From Bdellovibrionales bacterium (GTDB lineage: Bacteria; Bdellovibrionota; Bdellovibrionia; Bdellovibrionales; UBA1609), in the NCBI GenBank assembly GCA_965205945.1, contig CBDBIB010000003.1, forward strand, positions 384,394 through 448,393: DNA of 64,000 nucleotides, read 5' to 3'. The translations under genes and the position numbers were made by a program. Under the pieces are notes generated by a model. That model was given only the letters and a program-made list of their open reading frames with translations. It did no database searches and was not told the origin of the DNA. Position 1 is the first letter of the stretch; each line of letters opens with the position of its first letter. Shown here piece by piece: positions 29,702 to 41,526 of this stretch.

Positions 29702-30333
29702 AGACTAAAAGACAGATTGATAACCTCCTTAAGAAGTTTGAAAAGACGTACAACTACAAAGTGCAAGGTGCGACTCAAGGATCAATGGACTGGTTTAATT
29801 TAAAGCTGGGAGTTATCTCAGCTAGTAATGCCTGGAAAGTTGTCTTAAATGGTAAGACAAGGGAATCATATATGTATGAGCTTATCGGTCAGATAGGCAC
29901 TAAAATGATGAAAGATATTAACAACAAATACATGGAGTGGGGCACTTTACATGAAGACGCTGCAAGGCTTGGTAAGAATTCTAAAATTATTGAGATAAAG
30001 CCTCAGGTTGATCTTCATCGGCTTAAAAATGGCAATAGAGTCATTGTTTTAGCTAAGGGTCGATTGGTAAATCTTGGTTGTGCCACAGGTCATCCATCTT
30101 TTGTAATGAGTGCATCGTTTACAAATCAGGTGATGGCACAGATTGAGTTTTATACCAATCCAGATAAATATAAAATTGGTGTCCATAGACTTCCTAAAGA
30201 CTTAGATAAAAAGGTGGCAGACCTTCATTTAAAAAAAGTGGGGGCTAAGCTTACAAAACTTTCTTATAAACAGTCTTCATATTTAGGTCTTAAGCCTGAG
30301 GGTCCATATAAACCTGAACGTTATAGGTATTAA
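29698..30333 (+). pseudogene. In-frame chimera: YqaJ/lambda-exonuclease N-terminus plus adenosylhomocysteinase (AhcY) C-terminus
   Basis: [17 protein letters not shown]...[12 protein letters not shown] (YqaJ) followed by EIKPQVD...[24 protein letters not shown]...[10 protein letters not shown] (AhcY). Confidence 0.88.
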
Positions 30334-30462
30334 GAGAGCATGCTCCTTAACTAACGTGAGAAAGTAAATTTATAAAATGTGGCATGGCATTAGAATTTTT
30401 TGGAGAGTGATTAGTGGACAAATTCTAGCTAGTCTCTTCTCTTATTTAAAAAGGGGGTAGGG

Positions 30463-32274
30463 GTGAAATTTTTATTTATTGTAGCTTTAGGGTTGGTTTT
30501 TAATGCTTGCTCTTCGGTAGAAAAGTACTCAGTTGAAAGAACACAAAAAGAATCGAAAAAAGTTAATGAGTTTTTTGCACAAGAATTTGCAGCAAAACTT
30601 GAGCGTTTTCCTACGATGTATACGTACATGGGGCAAAAAAAAAGATACCATGAGCTTAATAATATTTCATATGATTTTGTTTTAAAGAACTATAAGCTAA
30701 AAAAAGAATCTCTAAAAAAAATAAAGAAATTTGATTATAATGCTTTAGATGAGAAAACAAAGCTAAGTTATAGATTATATAAAAAAAATCTAGAGTCTCA
30801 GATAAGAGGTTTTAAATATACTTTTCATAATTATTTTGTGAATCAAATGCATGGGGCACAAACACGGATCCCGGCCTTTTTAATCAGTATGCATAGAATT
30901 GATGATGAATCAGATGCAAAAGCATATATTAAAAGAGTGAAAGCTACGAGTAAATTTTTTTCAGACCTATTAGATAATTTAAGAAGACAAGAGAAAAAAG
31001 GGATTAAATATCCTAATTTTGTTTTTGATAAAGTGATCATGGATTCTAAAAAAATCATTACAGGGCATCCTTTTAGTAAGGCAGAGAAGGCTCCGTTATA
31101 TGCAGATTTTCAAGAAAAAATTATAAAAACAAAAATTTCGTCAGTAAAAAAGAAAATTCTAACTAGAGAGTTAGAGATTGCTTTAATTACAAGTTTTGGC
31201 CCGGCCTATGAGAAATTTATTTCCTATATGATAGAGCTTAAAAAAAGATCTTCTCACGTTAAGGGTGTTTGGGCTCTGCCAAATGGAAAAAAATATTATA
31301 ACCATAGACTTAAAGCAATTACGGCTACTGATATGAGGGCTGAAGAAATTTATAAACTTGGTTTGTCTGAAGTAGAGCGTGTTCAAAATGAAATGCGTGG
31401 AATTATAAAGGCTGTAAACTTTAATGGAGATTTAAAAGATTTTTTTGAGTCTATAAAAAAGAATAAAGACTTCTTCTACCCTTCAACTAAAAAGGGAAAA
31501 GCTCAGTACGTAAAAGATGTCACTAAAATTATTAAACAGATGAGGGCTAAACTTGATAAACTCTTTATTACAATGCCGAAAGCTAAACTTGTTGTAAAAC
31601 CCATTGAAGCGTTTAGAGAAAAATCCACAGGTATTGCGTTTTACCAACCTCCAGCATTAGATGGATCTAGACCAGGTATATATTATATAAACTTATCTGA
31701 TATGAGTTCCGTAGCAAAATATGATATGGAGGTTTTAGCTTACCATGAAGGGCTTCCTGGTCATCATATGGACAATTCTATTAATCAGGAAATTAAAGGC
31801 ATTCCTATGTTTAGAAAGTTTTCTCATTACACTTCTTTTGGTGAGGGCTGGGGTCTTTATGCTGAGTATATTCCTAAAGAGATAGGGTTTTACAAAGATC
31901 CATATTCTGACTTTGGAAGACTTAGTATGGAACTTTGGAGAGCTGCAAGGCTTGTTGTAGATACTGGAATTCATCATTATAAGTGGACTCGTGAAAAGAG
32001 TATTGCTTACCTTCAGGAAAATACACCATCCTCTCAGGATGAAATTGTCAAAGGAGTGGAGAGGTATTTTGTGATGCCAGGGCAAGCAACAGCATATAAA
32101 ATTGGGCAGTTAAAAATACTATCACTTCGTAAAAAAGCTGAAGATGAACTTAAGGATAAATTTGATATTAGAGAGTTTCATGAAGCTGTTTTAGGAAACG
32201 GGGCGATTCCATTATATGAATTAGAATACCAAATTTCTAATTACATTAAAGAAAAGCAGCCGGGTATTATGTAA
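30463..32274 (+). CDS. DUF885-family lipoprotein (putative metallopeptidase)
   Basis: Lipobox FNAC, YHEGLPGHH, EGWGLYAE, WRAARLVVDTGIH, PGQATAYKIG. Confidence 0.92.
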   Translation: MKFLFIVALGLVFNACSSVEKYSVERTQKESKKVNEFFAQEFAAKLERFPTMYTYMGQKKRYHELNNISYDFVLKNYKLKKESLKKIKKFDYNALDEKTKLSYRLYKKNLESQIRGFKYTFHNYFVNQMHGAQTRIPAFLISMHRIDDESDAKAYIKRVKATSKFFSDLLDNLRRQEKKGIKYPNFVFDKVIMDSKKIITGHPFSKAEKAPLYADFQEKIIKTKISSVKKKILTRELEIALITSFGPAYEKFISYMIELKKRSSHVKGVWALPNGKKYYNHRLKAITATDMRAEEIYKLGLSEVERVQNEMRGIIKAVNFNGDLKDFFESIKKNKDFFYPSTKKGKAQYVKDVTKIIKQMRAKLDKLFITMPKAKLVVKPIEAFREKSTGIAFYQPPALDGSRPGIYYINLSDMSSVAKYDMEVLAYHEGLPGHHMDNSINQEIKGIPMFRKFSHYTSFGEGWGLYAEYIPKEIGFYKDPYSDFGRLSMELWRAARLVVDTGIHHYKWTREKSIAYLQENTPSSQDEIVKGVERYFVMPGQATAYKIGQLKILSLRKKAEDELKDKFDIREFHEAVLGNGAIPLYELEYQISNYIKEKQPGIM

Positions 32275-32323
32275 ACAACCCAAACTTTAAAACCAAAGAG
32301 CCCTATTTTATTGTTGATTTCTC

Positions 32324-33121
32324 ATGTTTGGTAACCTCACTAAAGCTAAGAAGATAGTTCAGGAAAAGCTTTCTAAAGTTAAGGGTAAAAAGTCTGTTAA
32401 ATCTCTGACTTTAAATCCTTCACTGGAACGTCTGTGGGATCTTCTGCTAGAAGATAAAAAAAAGGTGTTCACCCAGCACACTTTTAAACACTACGATAGG
32501 ACCTGGAGAGTAGTTTTTTCTAGTTTTTTCAAAGGTCTTCATTTGGATGCAATCGATCAAAGAAAAATCAAAGAATTTGAAAATTGGTATTTGGACAATT
32601 TTCCAGAGAGAAACTATTTTAATACCAGGAAACATCTGAGGGTTTTTCTGAAGTTTATAAAAAAACAGGGTTATTTGTTAGAAGAGATTGAACTATCTAA
32701 CCTTGATAAAGTTATCGACAGGAACCTTAAAAAAGAGAAGGTTGGAAGGGTCTACTCAGAAGATGAAATTGAAAGACTTATGGCTACAGCTGAGCCTAGA
32801 GCGAGGTTTGTAATATTGGTTTATTCAAAGGTGGGGTTGAGAAAAAGGGAGCTTTTGGATTTAAAGGTTTCGGATTTTGATAGCTCAAGGGGCAAGCTTA
32901 AAGTGTGGGCTTCAAAGACTGGAGTTTATAAAATAATCCCTTTGCCTAAGTTTCTAAGGAAAGAGTTTAAACAGTTTATTAAAATGTATGCAGGTGAAGA
33001 GTTTTTATTTGAATCAAGAGGTGGGGGACGGGTTATTCCAATGAGGTCACAAATTTTTGAAAAGATGTGGAAAGAAGCTGACAAGTCCAAGTCAGACTGG
33101 ATGGAGAAACTTTATGAATAA
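32324..33121 (+). pseudogene. Tyrosine recombinase/phage integrase, C-terminal catalytic region deleted
   Basis: Core-binding region, GLRKRELLDL (catalytic Arg) and SKTG (Lys) present; no HxxR or catalytic Tyr box. Adjacent to tRNA-Glu. Confidence 0.82.
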
Positions 33122-33200
33122 AGCTAATCCTATTTGTGTGTTCGAAATGTGTTCGCAGTGTTTAGAAAAGCTAGCAAATACAAACAGATACAAGCTAAAT

Positions 33201-33276
33201 TGGCGTTCCCTACGGGAGTCGAACCCGTGTCTCACCCGTGAAAGGGGCGTGTCCTGGGCCTCTAGACGAAGGGAAC
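33201..33276 (-). tRNA. tRNA-Glu(TTC)
   Basis: gttcccttcgtctagaggcccaggacacgcccctTTCacgggtgagacacgggttcgactcccgtagggaacgcca; 76 nt cloverleaf with encoded CCA. Confidence 0.97.
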
Positions 33277-33326
33277 AAGACAAAATTTATTTTTATAAAA
33301 ATCACACATTTAAAATTTAAAAAAAA

Positions 33327-33402
33327 TGGTGACCCGTCATGGGCTCGAACCATGGACCCTCTCCTTAAAAGGGAGATGCTCTACCAGCTGAGCTAACGGA
33401 TC
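33327..33402 (-). tRNA. tRNA-Lys(TTT)
   Basis: gatccgttagctcagctggtagagcatctccctTTTaaggagagggtccatggttcgagcccatgacgggtcacca; 76 nt with CCA. Confidence 0.97.
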
Positions 33403-33457
33403 ATCTAAAAAAGAAAAACTAATTTCTAAAACTAATTCCGTCAACATTAAATAAGAT

Positions 33458-35748
<2,291 letters not shown>

Positions 35749-35753
<5 letters not shown>

Positions 35754-36843
35754 GGGATTGATCCTTAAGAGTTTTTTCTAAAACTGCTAAAAAATCATAC
35801 ATATCAGATTCTGTAAGATTAGCCATATGACCAATACGTAACAGTTTATCAGAGTAATCATCTTGGCCAATGGCAATATAGTAACCTTGTTGAATCAAAG
35901 CCTTTTGTATTTTAGATGCTGACAATGTATTAGCAAGTAAAATTGCAGTTAAAGATGGGCTTGGGTTTTTAGAAAAAATTTTAATTTTTAAATCTTTATG
36001 ATTCTTTAAAATCCAATTTAAGATAATCTTTTGTAAAGAAAGAGAGTTTGTATATTTAAGGGCAACCCCTGTGTTTTTAATGTTTTTAAGCTCTAAATAA
36101 AGGGCTCTCCAAATTTGTGTAGGGCTTGAGAAAACTGTGGTTCCTTTTAAAAGAGCCTTGAGCTCATTTAAGATGTTAAAATAAAATTTAGGAATGTTTG
36201 ATTCATGAGCTGAGTTTTTTGCTTTTTTAGAAAAACCAATAAAACTTAAGCCTGTAGGAAGCCCTAGAGCTTTTTGAGAACCATTAATTAATACATCAAT
36301 TGAATTTTCTTTCATTGAAAGTGCATAAGAGCCCACAGCTGTGATTCCATCAACAATTAAAAGAGTTTGTGGTGAATAAGCTTTAATGAGTTTTGCAATC
36401 TGGCCTACATTAAAAAAAGTTCCAGTGCTGGTTTCACATGCTTGCATAAAAAGAGCTTTTGGTTTGTATTTTTTTAGTAACATTTTAACATAGGCAGGAT
36501 CAGGCGTTTCACCCCATAAAAATTTATAGACCTCATGCTTAATATTATATGTATGTAAAAGTTTTGACCAACGTTCACCAAATTTTCCACCGTCTAAGGA
36601 TATCACAAAGTCATCTTTTTTTAAGAAGTTAACAACACTCGCCTCAAGTCCGCCTGATCCTGTTGAGGGAAAAATTACAAGATACTCTTCATCAAAAAAA
36701 ATCTTTAAAAGTTTTAAGGTTTCTTTTAAAAGAGCAGAGAATTCAGCTGACCTATGATGTAAAGGTGGAGCACTAAGAGCGTTTAGTGGTATTGGAGCAA
36801 TGGGAGTTGGGCCTGGGCAGAATAACTTAATATTATGGTTCAT
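35749..36843 (-). CDS. Class V PLP aminotransferase (alanine-glyoxylate / serine-pyruvate / phosphoserine type)
   Basis: PGPT, HHRS, CETSTG, VDGI, GSQKALGLPTGL, LRIGHM. Directly upstream of the serA-like gene. Confidence 0.9.
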
Positions 36844-36883
36844 TGTATGCTTAACCTTACTTTAAAAAAGTTTAAAAACAAGA

Positions 36884-36912
36884 TTGCTTTGCCTAAAAGC
36901 CTTAGCTAGGCT
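36884..36912 (+). promoter_or_regulatory. Putative sigma70 promoter, likely giving a leaderless lptE transcript
   Basis: TTGCTT-N17-TAGGCT-N6-GTG (36919), no SD. Confidence 0.55.
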
Positions 36913-36918
36913 GCATTT

Positions 36919-37503
36919 GTGAGAAAAATATTAGCGATTTTATTGGTTTTGGTGCTTAATTCTTGTGCGTATAACATGGGCTATGGTTATAAAGAACTTC
37001 CTGAAGGCATAGAGAATTTATACATCCCAGTTTTTAAAAATGATACTCTTAATGTGGGGCCTGAAGTGGAGTTTACAGGTCAGTTGATTCGTGAATTAAA
37101 AAGAGCAAATGTTACAAAGATTTTAGATAAAGATTTAGCAGATGGGGTTTTACAAGGGCGCATTATTAAAATCACTAGACATCAAAGAACTCCAGAGTTT
37201 AGAGAGCGAGGAGAGGAGCCTAAAACAACTGGTATGGTAAATCTTCCAGAAGGAACTTATGTTGCTACTGAATATTTATTAAAAGTTAAAATTGATTTAA
37301 AGCTTCGAAAAAAAAATACTAATCAAATTGTGTGGATTCAAGAATTTGAAGATCAAACTGTATATTCTACTGCAAGACTTGCACTTCCTGGAATCAACAC
37401 ATCTTCTTCAAATTATACTAAATCTGAAGAGGAAAGAGTTTTAAAAATTCTTGCAAGTGTAATGATGCAAGAGGCAGTTAGAAGGCTTACGGAAAATTTT
37501 TAA
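36919..37503 (+). CDS. lptE: LPS assembly lipoprotein LptE
   Basis: Lipobox LNSC-AY, LP.GI..LYIPVFKNDT, conserved position before holA. Confidence 0.8.
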   Translation: MRKILAILLVLVLNSCAYNMGYGYKELPEGIENLYIPVFKNDTLNVGPEVEFTGQLIRELKRANVTKILDKDLADGVLQGRIIKITRHQRTPEFRERGEEPKTTGMVNLPEGTYVATEYLLKVKIDLKLRKKNTNQIVWIQEFEDQTVYSTARLALPGINTSSSNYTKSEEERVLKILASVMMQEAVRRLTENF

Positions 37504-38555
37504 TGGATATTAAGGCTTTAGAGTTATATTTAAAAAAAAATAAGGAAAACTCGTTTTTTATAGTTTCAGGTGAGGATTTGTATTTAAAATCTGAGGCTGA
37601 GGGCTTAATTAAGAACAATTTTAGGGTTAAAGGTGTAGAACTTGATTTAGAAACATATACAGCCCCTCAAATGGATTACGATAAATGTTTAGACTCATTA
37701 AAAAATCTATCAATTTTTTCATCTTTAAAACTAATACATATTAAGGACATGGATAAGGCTAAGCAGAATTTTTTAGATAAGATCAATCAATTTTATACTC
37801 AAGAAAATATAAGTGGATTAGTTGTTCTTTTAAGTTTTACAAAAATTGATAAAAGAAAAAAAGATATTAAGATTCTTTTAAAAAAAGGCGTTTTAGTTGA
37901 GGCTAAGCCCCCATATGATAATCAGATAGAGAATTGGATTAGGTATATTGCAGACAAAGAAAAGCTTAATTTAAAGAGTGAAGCTATTTCGTATTTAAAT
38001 TTTTTAGTTGGCCCTTTTTTAATTGATATTTCTAATAATATTAAAAAATTAAAAGATATTTTTGGTAAAGACTCTGTTGGAAGAACTGAGGTTAAAGACT
38101 TTATTTTTAAAAGTGGTGAAGGGGATCTTTTTAAGATTTGTGATTTATTAGGAAAATGTGAACTCATTGCAGCAATGTCTGGTTTAGAGTACGCAATAAA
38201 ACATGGATCCAGTAGTATTGGTATTTTAAGTTTATTTCACCGTCATTTTAAAATTATAGAGGGTATTTTAAAAGAACAGCAAAAAGCTAGAGAAATAGGA
38301 AAAAATTTGTCTCAAAAAGATATGGCTACTGTTGTAGGTGTGCCCTTTTATTTTCTAGCTAATTATACTAATCAGGCTCAAAGGTGGACTTTAAGTAAAG
38401 TTAGTGAAGTTTTTAAGGCCTTAGAGGCTGGCGATATGTTATTAAAGTCTACGGGTCTAAAAGAGATTACAGTTTTTACAGGATTTTTCATGGAAATTTC
38501 AAGAATCATTGGAGAACGTACAGGTCTTAGAAGTTTGTCAGAGGCTTTAAGGTAG
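37503..38555 (+). CDS. holA: DNA polymerase III delta subunit
   Basis: GEDLYL, SIFS, KIDKRK, D..LKSTG; lptE-holA-rpsT context. Confidence 0.88.
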   Translation: MDIKALELYLKKNKENSFFIVSGEDLYLKSEAEGLIKNNFRVKGVELDLETYTAPQMDYDKCLDSLKNLSIFSSLKLIHIKDMDKAKQNFLDKINQFYTQENISGLVVLLSFTKIDKRKKDIKILLKKGVLVEAKPPYDNQIENWIRYIADKEKLNLKSEAISYLNFLVGPFLIDISNNIKKLKDIFGKDSVGRTEVKDFIFKSGEGDLFKICDLLGKCELIAAMSGLEYAIKHGSSSIGILSLFHRHFKIIEGILKEQQKAREIGKNLSQKDMATVVGVPFYFLANYTNQAQRWTLSKVSEVFKALEAGDMLLKSTGLKEITVFTGFFMEISRIIGERTGLRSLSEALR

Positions 38556-38568
38556 TTTTTAAAATCTA

Positions 38569-38594
38569 GAGCCTGTAAGTTAAATTGTGTAACT
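38569..38594 (+). repeat. Dispersed ~26-bp repeat, copy 4 (IS256-like terminal IR)
   Basis: gagcctgtaagttaaattgtgtaact, just after the holA stop. Confidence 0.62.
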
Positions 38595-38727
38595 GCGGGG
38601 TTTAAGATTTTTAAAATCCAAAATTTAGCAAGTTAAAAATCATTTATATTCTTTCATCACGTAATTTTATTTTAAAGTCAAATAATTTTTTAACAAAGAT
38701 CATTTGTTAAATGAGTAACTTTTTTTA

Positions 38728-38991
38728 CTAAGAAGCTTTTACAATTTTAAGTGCTAGTTTGCTAATTTTTCGTGAAGCTTTATTTTTATGATAGATACCT
38801 TTTTTAACAGCTTTATCTATGCTGCTTGTAAATACATTTAAAATTTTTTTTGCATCCTCTAGCTTTCCTTCAGTAAGAGCGGTAAGGGCTTTTTTCTCAA
38901 AAGTTTTAACAGTGGATTTAATCCTAGTATTGACTAGAGTTTTTCTTATAGTTTGTTTTGCTCTTTTTGTTGAGGATTTATGATTTGCCAC
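38728..38991 (-). CDS. rpsT: 30S ribosomal protein S20
   Basis: MANHKS..KR..Q, IDKAVKKG.YHKNKASRK.SKL. Confidence 0.97.
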   Translation of the reverse strand: MANHKSSTKRAKQTIRKTLVNTRIKSTVKTFEKKALTALTEGKLEDAKKILNVFTSSIDKAVKKGIYHKNKASRKISKLALKIVKAS

Positions 38992-39068
38992 AATGTGCTC
39001 CTTAGGGGATCATATATTTAAGTTTAAAGAGAAATAGCTATCATAACGAATAAGGGCTGACAAGTGTA

Positions 39069-40673
39069 ATGACTAATTCTGATCAGGTTAACGATTCACA
39101 AACTAGAGAAGCGGATAAAAATAAAGCTCAAAAGCAAAAAAGCCTTATATCTTCAGCACTTGGAATGGGGGCAGGAACTTTGATGAGTCGTATTTTAGGG
39201 CTTTTTAGGGATGCAGCCTTAGCTGGATTTTTTTCAAAGACAACAGTGGACTGTTTTGCCATAGGTTTTAGATTGCCCAACTTTTTTAGACGTGTCATGG
39301 GAGAAGGGGTTTTATCTGTAAGCTTTATTCCTAGTTATTTAGAACTGCAAATTAAAGACCCTGTAAAAGCTAAAAAGCTTAAAGATATAACGTTTAGTTT
39401 TTTGTTTTGCCTTTCAGCAGTATTATGTTTTTTTAGTATTTTGTATATAGAACCGCTTTTAAGTCTTATTATTAATAGGAGCACTTTTTCTACCGACCCT
39501 GCAAAGTTTAAGTTAGCTGTTCGTATGGCAAAATGGATGTTTGGGTACTTATTTTTAGTAACTCAATTTGCATATTTTATGTCGGTTTTAAATGCTCATA
39601 AGAAATTTTGGGTGGCCGGAGTTGCGCCAGCATTTTTTAATTTAGGTTTTTTGATGGTTATATTTTTTCCAGATACAATGGTTTTTTTTACTGGACAACA
39701 ACTTACTTGGGGGGTTTTGTTTGGTGGAGTGCTGCAAGTTTTTGTAGTAGGTGTAAGCTTTGTAAAAAGCTTTGGCTTGCCTAGATTTAACTTTGATATG
39801 TTGTTTCCTCCTTTTAAACGAGTGCTTTTGGCAACAACACCGAGCCTTTTTGGGATTGGTGTTTTACAGATGATTAGCCTTGTAAACATCAGCCTTTGTA
39901 GTCGTGTGGGCGATGGAGCTCATGGTTATTTATATTTTGCAGACAGAGTATTAGAATTGCCACAGTCTTTGATTGCTGTGAGTTTAGGAACAGTAATGCT
40001 TCCAAGCCTTACAGAGATGTGGATTAAAAGCAGAGTTGATTTTGATGCAACACTTGTTAAATCTTTAAGAGTGTATTTATTTTTTGGGGTGCCTTCGGCT
40101 TTAGGTTTATTTTTCTTATCGCTTCCAATTACTCAGCTTTTATTTCAAAGAGGTGTTTTTGGTTTAGAGCGCTCAATAGAGGTTGCTTCATTGGTGCAGA
40201 TTTACGGGGGTTTATTAATTGTAAGTGGTTTGAGTAGAATCTTACTTCCGGCCTACTACTCATTTAAAAACACTTGGTATCCTGCAGTGGTGGCAGTTTT
40301 AGTGCTTGTATCTCACTATTTTTTAGGCAGTGTTTTAGTACAAGAGTTTAATCTTTTAGGAGTTGCTTTAGCAACACTTATTTCAGGATTAATAAATTTA
40401 GGATTATTATTTTTAGGATTGAAGTTTTTTATTGGTAAGGCGTATGTTAAAGACATCTTAAAATCAGTAATAAGTTTAAGCCCTGTATTTTTAATATTTG
40501 CAGGGTTTTTATGGTTTGTTCAAAGATATATTTCAGTGGAAAAAACCTTACAGGGAACTTTACTAGTAAGTTTAATAATAGGAGTTTCTATAATTTTATA
40601 TTTTATTTTAACTTTAGTATTTAAAGTAGAAGAAGCTAAAATTTTTAAAAGAATTTTAACTAAACTATTTTAA
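39069..40673 (+). CDS. murJ: Lipid II flippase MurJ (MviN)
   Basis: TLMSRILGLFRD, FRLPNFFRR..GEG, YFADRVLELP, LFQRGVF. Confidence 0.95.
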   Translation: MTNSDQVNDSQTREADKNKAQKQKSLISSALGMGAGTLMSRILGLFRDAALAGFFSKTTVDCFAIGFRLPNFFRRVMGEGVLSVSFIPSYLELQIKDPVKAKKLKDITFSFLFCLSAVLCFFSILYIEPLLSLIINRSTFSTDPAKFKLAVRMAKWMFGYLFLVTQFAYFMSVLNAHKKFWVAGVAPAFFNLGFLMVIFFPDTMVFFTGQQLTWGVLFGGVLQVFVVGVSFVKSFGLPRFNFDMLFPPFKRVLLATTPSLFGIGVLQMISLVNISLCSRVGDGAHGYLYFADRVLELPQSLIAVSLGTVMLPSLTEMWIKSRVDFDATLVKSLRVYLFFGVPSALGLFFLSLPITQLLFQRGVFGLERSIEVASLVQIYGGLLIVSGLSRILLPAYYSFKNTWYPAVVAVLVLVSHYFLGSVLVQEFNLLGVALATLISGLINLGLLFLGLKFFIGKAYVKDILKSVISLSPVFLIFAGFLWFVQRYISVEKTLQGTLLVSLIIGVSIILYFILTLVFKVEEAKIFKRILTKLF

Positions 40674-41526
40674 AAATTAAGGTGGTATTGCGTAGTTATA
40701 AATATCTTTTTAAAAGAAAATTTAAGATTTTTCTTTAGAGTAGATATTAAAAGTGTGTTTGCCTCTTTTTAAGAGAGTGAAAAAAAACACAATTAAGCTC
40801 TTTAAATACCTTATGAGTCTTATTTTAAGGCAGGCTTTTTTTTAAAGCTTTTTTAAAATGAGGTTAATAAAATATTTCTTTGCATTAACCTAGAGCCAAT
40901 GACGTTAAAATATTTTAACACAAGACAAAGGACTAGTGTATCACAATTATGGTTTTTAAGCTAGCAACTTTATTCTTACCAAGACTAGGAGGTTTCATAG
41001 TATTTTGTTATAAAATACTTAGGCTAAAACCTGGTCCATTAGATTTCTCTAAGTAAGAGTGGAATTTTTTTTAAAAAAATGTTTAAAAAGCTTTATCTTC
41101 TAGACTTTTAACCATTGATTCTGACTTTGAGGAAGTAAACTTTTACTACAAAAATACGTTTTGATTTACATAAGCAGACAACTAAAATCATGTTTACTAG
41201 GTTCAGGTCCTATAAGAAGAATGATAAGTGCCATACTGAGTAAAAACTTTATTTATGTTTAAAAGTTATTTGGCTACAAGCCTTTTAAAGGCGGATATCT
41301 TCTGGGTCCTATGAATAATATCTATATCAATTATTTTAGAATCCACTTTAAATCTACTAACAGATTTTAAATAGTCTTTACTGTAAAAAGAGCCAAGGTT
41401 AAACAGTAAGGGATAGATTTAAAGTAATTTTTCTTGTAAAAAGCCGATAAAGACTTGTAAGTTAGAGGTTGTTTTATAATTTACCTTAAGTCTTTAAGGT
41501 GCTTATGGATAAGAATAGGTGATGGT

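Larger units (their letters stand above)
26607..33217. mobile_element. Decayed prophage-like island integrated at tRNA-Glu
   Basis: Flanked by the 17-bp att direct repeat. Tyrosine integrase next to the tRNA; recT/yqaJ fragments and IS remnants inside. Confidence 0.85.

Noticed and set aside
26607..33217. Anti-phage defence system in the island
   Set aside because: No intact nuclease, ATPase, toxin-antitoxin or methylase genes; only fragments and two exported-protein genes.
33057..33320. ORFs 33057..33320 and 33092..33283
   Set aside because: They run across tRNA-Glu; spurious.
40674..41526. phoH or IS remnant in the gap after murJ
   Set aside because: Only vague Cys/Lys-rich fragments on the minus strand; not supportable without BLASTX.
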